Below, piece after piece: positions 60,398-64,000 of a stretch of 64,000 nucleotides of DNA. Numbering within the stretch: position 1 is the first letter of the stretch; each line of letters begins with the position of its first letter. The position numbers and the translations under genes were made by a program. Source of the stretch: Eledone cirrhosa (lineage: Eukaryota); assembly GCA_964016885.1 (NCBI GenBank), contig OZ024753.1, forward strand, positions 24,242,001-24,306,000. The letters run 5' to 3'. Below the pieces are notes generated by a model. It had not been told where the DNA came from. It searched no databases and saw nothing but the letters and a program-made list of their open reading frames with translations.

Positions 60398-61797
60398 ATT
60401 TAACAGTTAGAGAACTAACACTGTATGTAACAGACACAGGACTGACACTGTATGTAACAGACAGAGGACTAACACTGTATGTAACAGACAGCGGACTAAC
60501 ACTGTAGGTCACAGACAGAGGACTAACACTGTATGTCACAGACAGAGGACTAACAGTGTATGTAACAGACAGAGGACTAACACTGTATGCAACAGACAGA
60601 GGACTAACACTGTATGTAACAGACAGAGGACTGACACTGTATGTAACAGACAGAGGACTAACACTGTATATCACAGACAGAGGACTAACAGTGTATGTAA
60701 CAGACAGAGGACTAACACTGTATGTAACAGACAGAGGACTAAGACTGTATGTAACAGACAGAGGGTTAACACTGTATGTAACAGACAGAGGACTAACCCT
60801 GTATGTAACAGACAGAGGACGAACACAGTATGCAAGAGACAGAGGACTAACACTGTATGTAACAGACAGAGGACTAACACTGTATGTAATAGACAGAGGA
60901 GTAAAACTGTATGCAACAGACAGAGGACTAATAATTTATGTAACAGACAGAGGACTAACACTGTATGTAACAGACAGAGGACTAACACTGTATGTAGCAG
61001 ACAGAGGACTAAGACTGTATGCAAAAGACAAAGGATTAACACTGTATGTAACAGACAGAGGACTAACAGTGTATGTATCAGCCAGAGGACTAACACTGTA
61101 TGCAACAGACAGAGGACGAACACTGTATGCAACAGACAGAGGACTAATACTGTATGTAACAGACAGAGGACTAACACCGTATGTAACAGACAGAGGACTA
61201 ACACTGTATGTAACAGACAGAGGACTGACACTGTATGTAATAGACAGAGGACTAACCCTGTATGTAACAGACAGAGGACTAACACTGTATGTAACAGACA
61301 GAGGACTAACATTGTATGCAACAGACAGAGGACTAACACTGTATGCAACAGACAGAGGACTAACACTGTATGTAACAGACATAGGACTAACACTGTATGT
61401 AGCAGACAGAGGACTAAGACTGTATGTAACAGACAGAGGACTAACACTGTATGTAACAGACAGAGGATTAACACTGTATGTAACAGACAGAGGACTAACA
61501 TTGTATGTAACAGACAGAGGACTAACACTGTATATAACTGACAGAGGGTTAACTCTGTATGTAACAGAGTACTTAGACTGTATGTAACAGACAGAGGACT
61601 AACACTGTATGTAACAGACAGAGGACTAACTGTGTATGTAACAGACAGAGGACTAACACTGTATGTAACAGACAGAGGACTGACACTGTATGTAACAGAC
61701 AGAGGACTAACACTGTATGTAACAGACAGAGGACTAACACTGTAGGTCACAGACAGAGGACTAACACTGTATGTCACAGACAGAGGACTAACAGTGT

Positions 61798-61824
61798 TAG
61801 ACCTCTGTCTGTTACATACAGTGT
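61798..61824 (-). repeat. Single inverted satellite monomer (copy 3)
   Basis: Same 27-mer, 1427 bp after copy 2. Confidence 0.95.
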
Positions 61825-64000
61825 ATTTAACAGTTAGAGAACTAACACTGTATGTAACAGACACAGGACTGACACTGTATGTAACAGACAGAGGACTAAC
61901 ACTGTATGTAACAGACAGCGGACTAACACTGTAGGTCACAGACAGAGGACTAACACTGTATGTCACAGACAGAGGACTAACAGTGTATGTAACAGACAGA
62001 GGACTAACACTGTATGCAACAGACAGAGGACTAACACTGTATGTAACAGACAGAGGACTGACACTGTATGTAACAGACAGAGGACTAACACTGTATATCA
62101 CAGACAGAGGACTAACAGTGTATGTAACAGAGAGAGGACTAACACTGTATGTAACAGACAGAGGACTAAGACTGTATGTAACAGACAGAGGGTTAACACT
62201 GTATGTAACAGACAGAGGACTAACCCTGTATGTAACAGACAGAGGACGAACACAGTATGCAAGAGACAGAGGACTAACACTGTATGTAACAGACAGAGGA
62301 CTAACACTGTATGTAATAGACAGAGGAGTAAAACTGTATGCAACAGACAGAGGACTAATAATTTATGTAACAGACAGAGGACTAACACTGTATGTAACAG
62401 ACAGAGGACTAACACTGTATGTAGCAGACAGAGGACTATGACTGTATGCAAAAGACAAAGGATTAACACTGTATGTAACAGACAGAGGACTAACAGTGTA
62501 TGTATCAGCCAGAGGACTAACACTGTATGCAACAGACAGAGGACGAACACTGTATGCAACAGACAGAGGACTAATACTGTATGTAACAGACAGAGGACTA
62601 ACACCGTATGTAACAGACAGAGGACTAACACTGTATGTAACAGACAGAGGACTGACACTGTATGTAATAGACAGAGGACTAACCCTGTATGTAACAGACA
62701 GAGGACTAACACTGTATGTAACAGACAGAGGACTAACATTGTATGCAACAGACAGAGGACTAACACTGTATGCAACAGACAGAGGACTAACACTGTATGT
62801 AACAGACAGAGGACTAACACTGTATGTAGCAGACAGAGGACTAAGACTGTATGTAACAGACAGAGGACTAACACTGTATGTAACAGACAGGGGACTAACA
62901 CTGTATGTAATAGACAGAGGAGTAAAACTGTATGCAACAGACAGAGGACTAATACTTTATGTAACAGACAGAGGACTAACACTGTATGTAACAGACAGAG
63001 GACTAACACTTTATGTAACAGACAGAGGACTAACACTGTACGTAACAGGCAGAGGACTAACAATGTATGTAACAGACAGAGGACTAAAACTGTATGTTAT
63101 AGACAGAGGACTAACACTGTATGTAACAGACAGAGGGTTAACACTGTATGTAACAGACAGAAGGCTAACACTGTATGCAACAGACAGAGGACGAACACTG
63201 TATGCAGCAGACAGAGGACAAACACTGTATGTAACAGACAGAGGACTAACACTGTATGTAATAGACAGAGGAGTAAAACTGTATGCAACAGACAGAGGAC
63301 TAATACTTTATGTAACAGACAGAGGACTAACACTGTATGTAACAGACAGAGGACTAACACTGTATGTAGCAGACAGAGGACTAAGACTGTATGCAAAAGA
63401 CAAAGGATTAACACTGTATGTAACAGACAGAGGACTAACAGTGTATGTAACAGCCAGAGGACTAACACTGTATGCAACAGACAGAGGACGAACACTGTAT
63501 GCAACAGACAGAGGACTAATACTGTATGTAACAGACAGAGGACTAACACTGTATGTAACAGACAGAGGACTGACACTGTATGTAACAGACAGAGGACTAA
63601 CACTGTATGTAACAGACAGAGGACTGACACTGTATGTCACAGACAGAGGACTAACAGTGTATGTAACAGACAGAGGACTAACACCGTATGTAACAGACAG
63701 AGGACGAACACTGTATGCAACAGACAGAGGACTAATACTGTATGTAACAGACAGAGGACTAACACTGTATGTAACAGACAGAGGACGAACACTGTATGCA
63801 ACAGACAGAGGACTAACACCGTATGTAACAGACAGAGGACTAACACTGTATGTAACAGACAGAGGACTGACACTGTATGTAACAGACAGAGGACTGACAC
63901 TGTATGTCACAGACAGAGGACTAACAGTGTATGTAACAGACAGAGGACTAACACTGTATGTAACAGACAGAGGACTCATACTGTATGTAACAGACAGAGG

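Larger units (their letters stand above)
60010..62860. repeat. Higher-order tandem duplication, 1427-bp unit (53 monomers minus 4 bp)
   Basis: ORFs start at 60556 and 61983. Marker GAGTACTTAGAC at ~60140 and ~61567. Inverted monomer at 60371 and 61798. Confidence 0.85.
6881..64000. repeat. 27-bp satellite array, consensus TAACACTGTATGTAACAGACAGAGGAC, about 2,100 monomers, continues beyond the window
   Basis: Directly visible head-to-tail repetition without foreign sequence. Most monomers carry 0-2 substitutions. I noticed only about 20 small indels (+1, -1, -2, -4). Confidence 0.99.

Noticed and set aside
7456-62441. LYVTDRG resembles the NHL/YWTD beta-propeller strand motif; SVTYSV resembles a beta-solenoid repeat
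   Set aside because: Propeller blades need about 40-aa repeats, and these frames are repeatedly broken by stops and frameshifts. Treated as chance similarity.
6854-63979. Hundreds of long ORFs up to 1798 aa (LTLYVTDRG, TNTVCNRQR, SVTYSVSPL and LLHTVLVLC repeats) as protein-coding genes
   Set aside because: A 27-bp unit with four stop-free frames produces these automatically on both strands. ORFs switch repeat frame at indels, stop-creating variants (GGATAAAC, ACTCTAT, ACTTTAT, GATAGAGG) are propagated freely, and there are no unique N- or C-terminal domains.
6881-64000. CRISPR array (27-bp repeat length is in range)
   Set aside because: Repeats are contiguous with no unique spacers, there are no cas genes, and the context is eukaryotic.
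6881-64000. Telomeric repeat array
   Set aside because: No TTAGGG-type units or G-tracts. The variant-rich higher-order structure fits recombinational satellite evolution, not telomerase synthesis.

Overview
AT-rich eukaryotic (metazoan) genomic DNA. Several dispersed repeats resemble those I recall from octopus genomes, so a cephalopod origin is likely but unverified. Positions 1-6880 are a patchwork of decayed mobile elements: two RTE-clade LINE pieces, CRE-like and R4/Dong-like remnants, TA- and TTAA-flanked MITEs, SINE remnants and microsatellites. No host gene can be called with confidence. From about 6881 to the window end (57 kb, about 2,100 monomers, right end not reached) lies one head-to-tail satellite with the 27-bp consensus TAACACTGTATGTAACAGACAGAGGAC. 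All long ORFs in the track come from this 9-codon period, which leaves 4 of 6 frames open, and they are not called as genes. Monomer variants reveal nested higher-order duplications (offsets 836, 1214, 1323, 1427, 2507, 2997, 5909, 8416 and about 8.7-9.0 kb). They also show a layered structure (diverse edges, homogeneous core) and three in-phase single-monomer inversions forming roughly 60-bp palindromes. Speculatively, each monomer carries a complete STAR/Quaking-type RNA element on the + strand and a miR-8/200-family seed site on the - strand.
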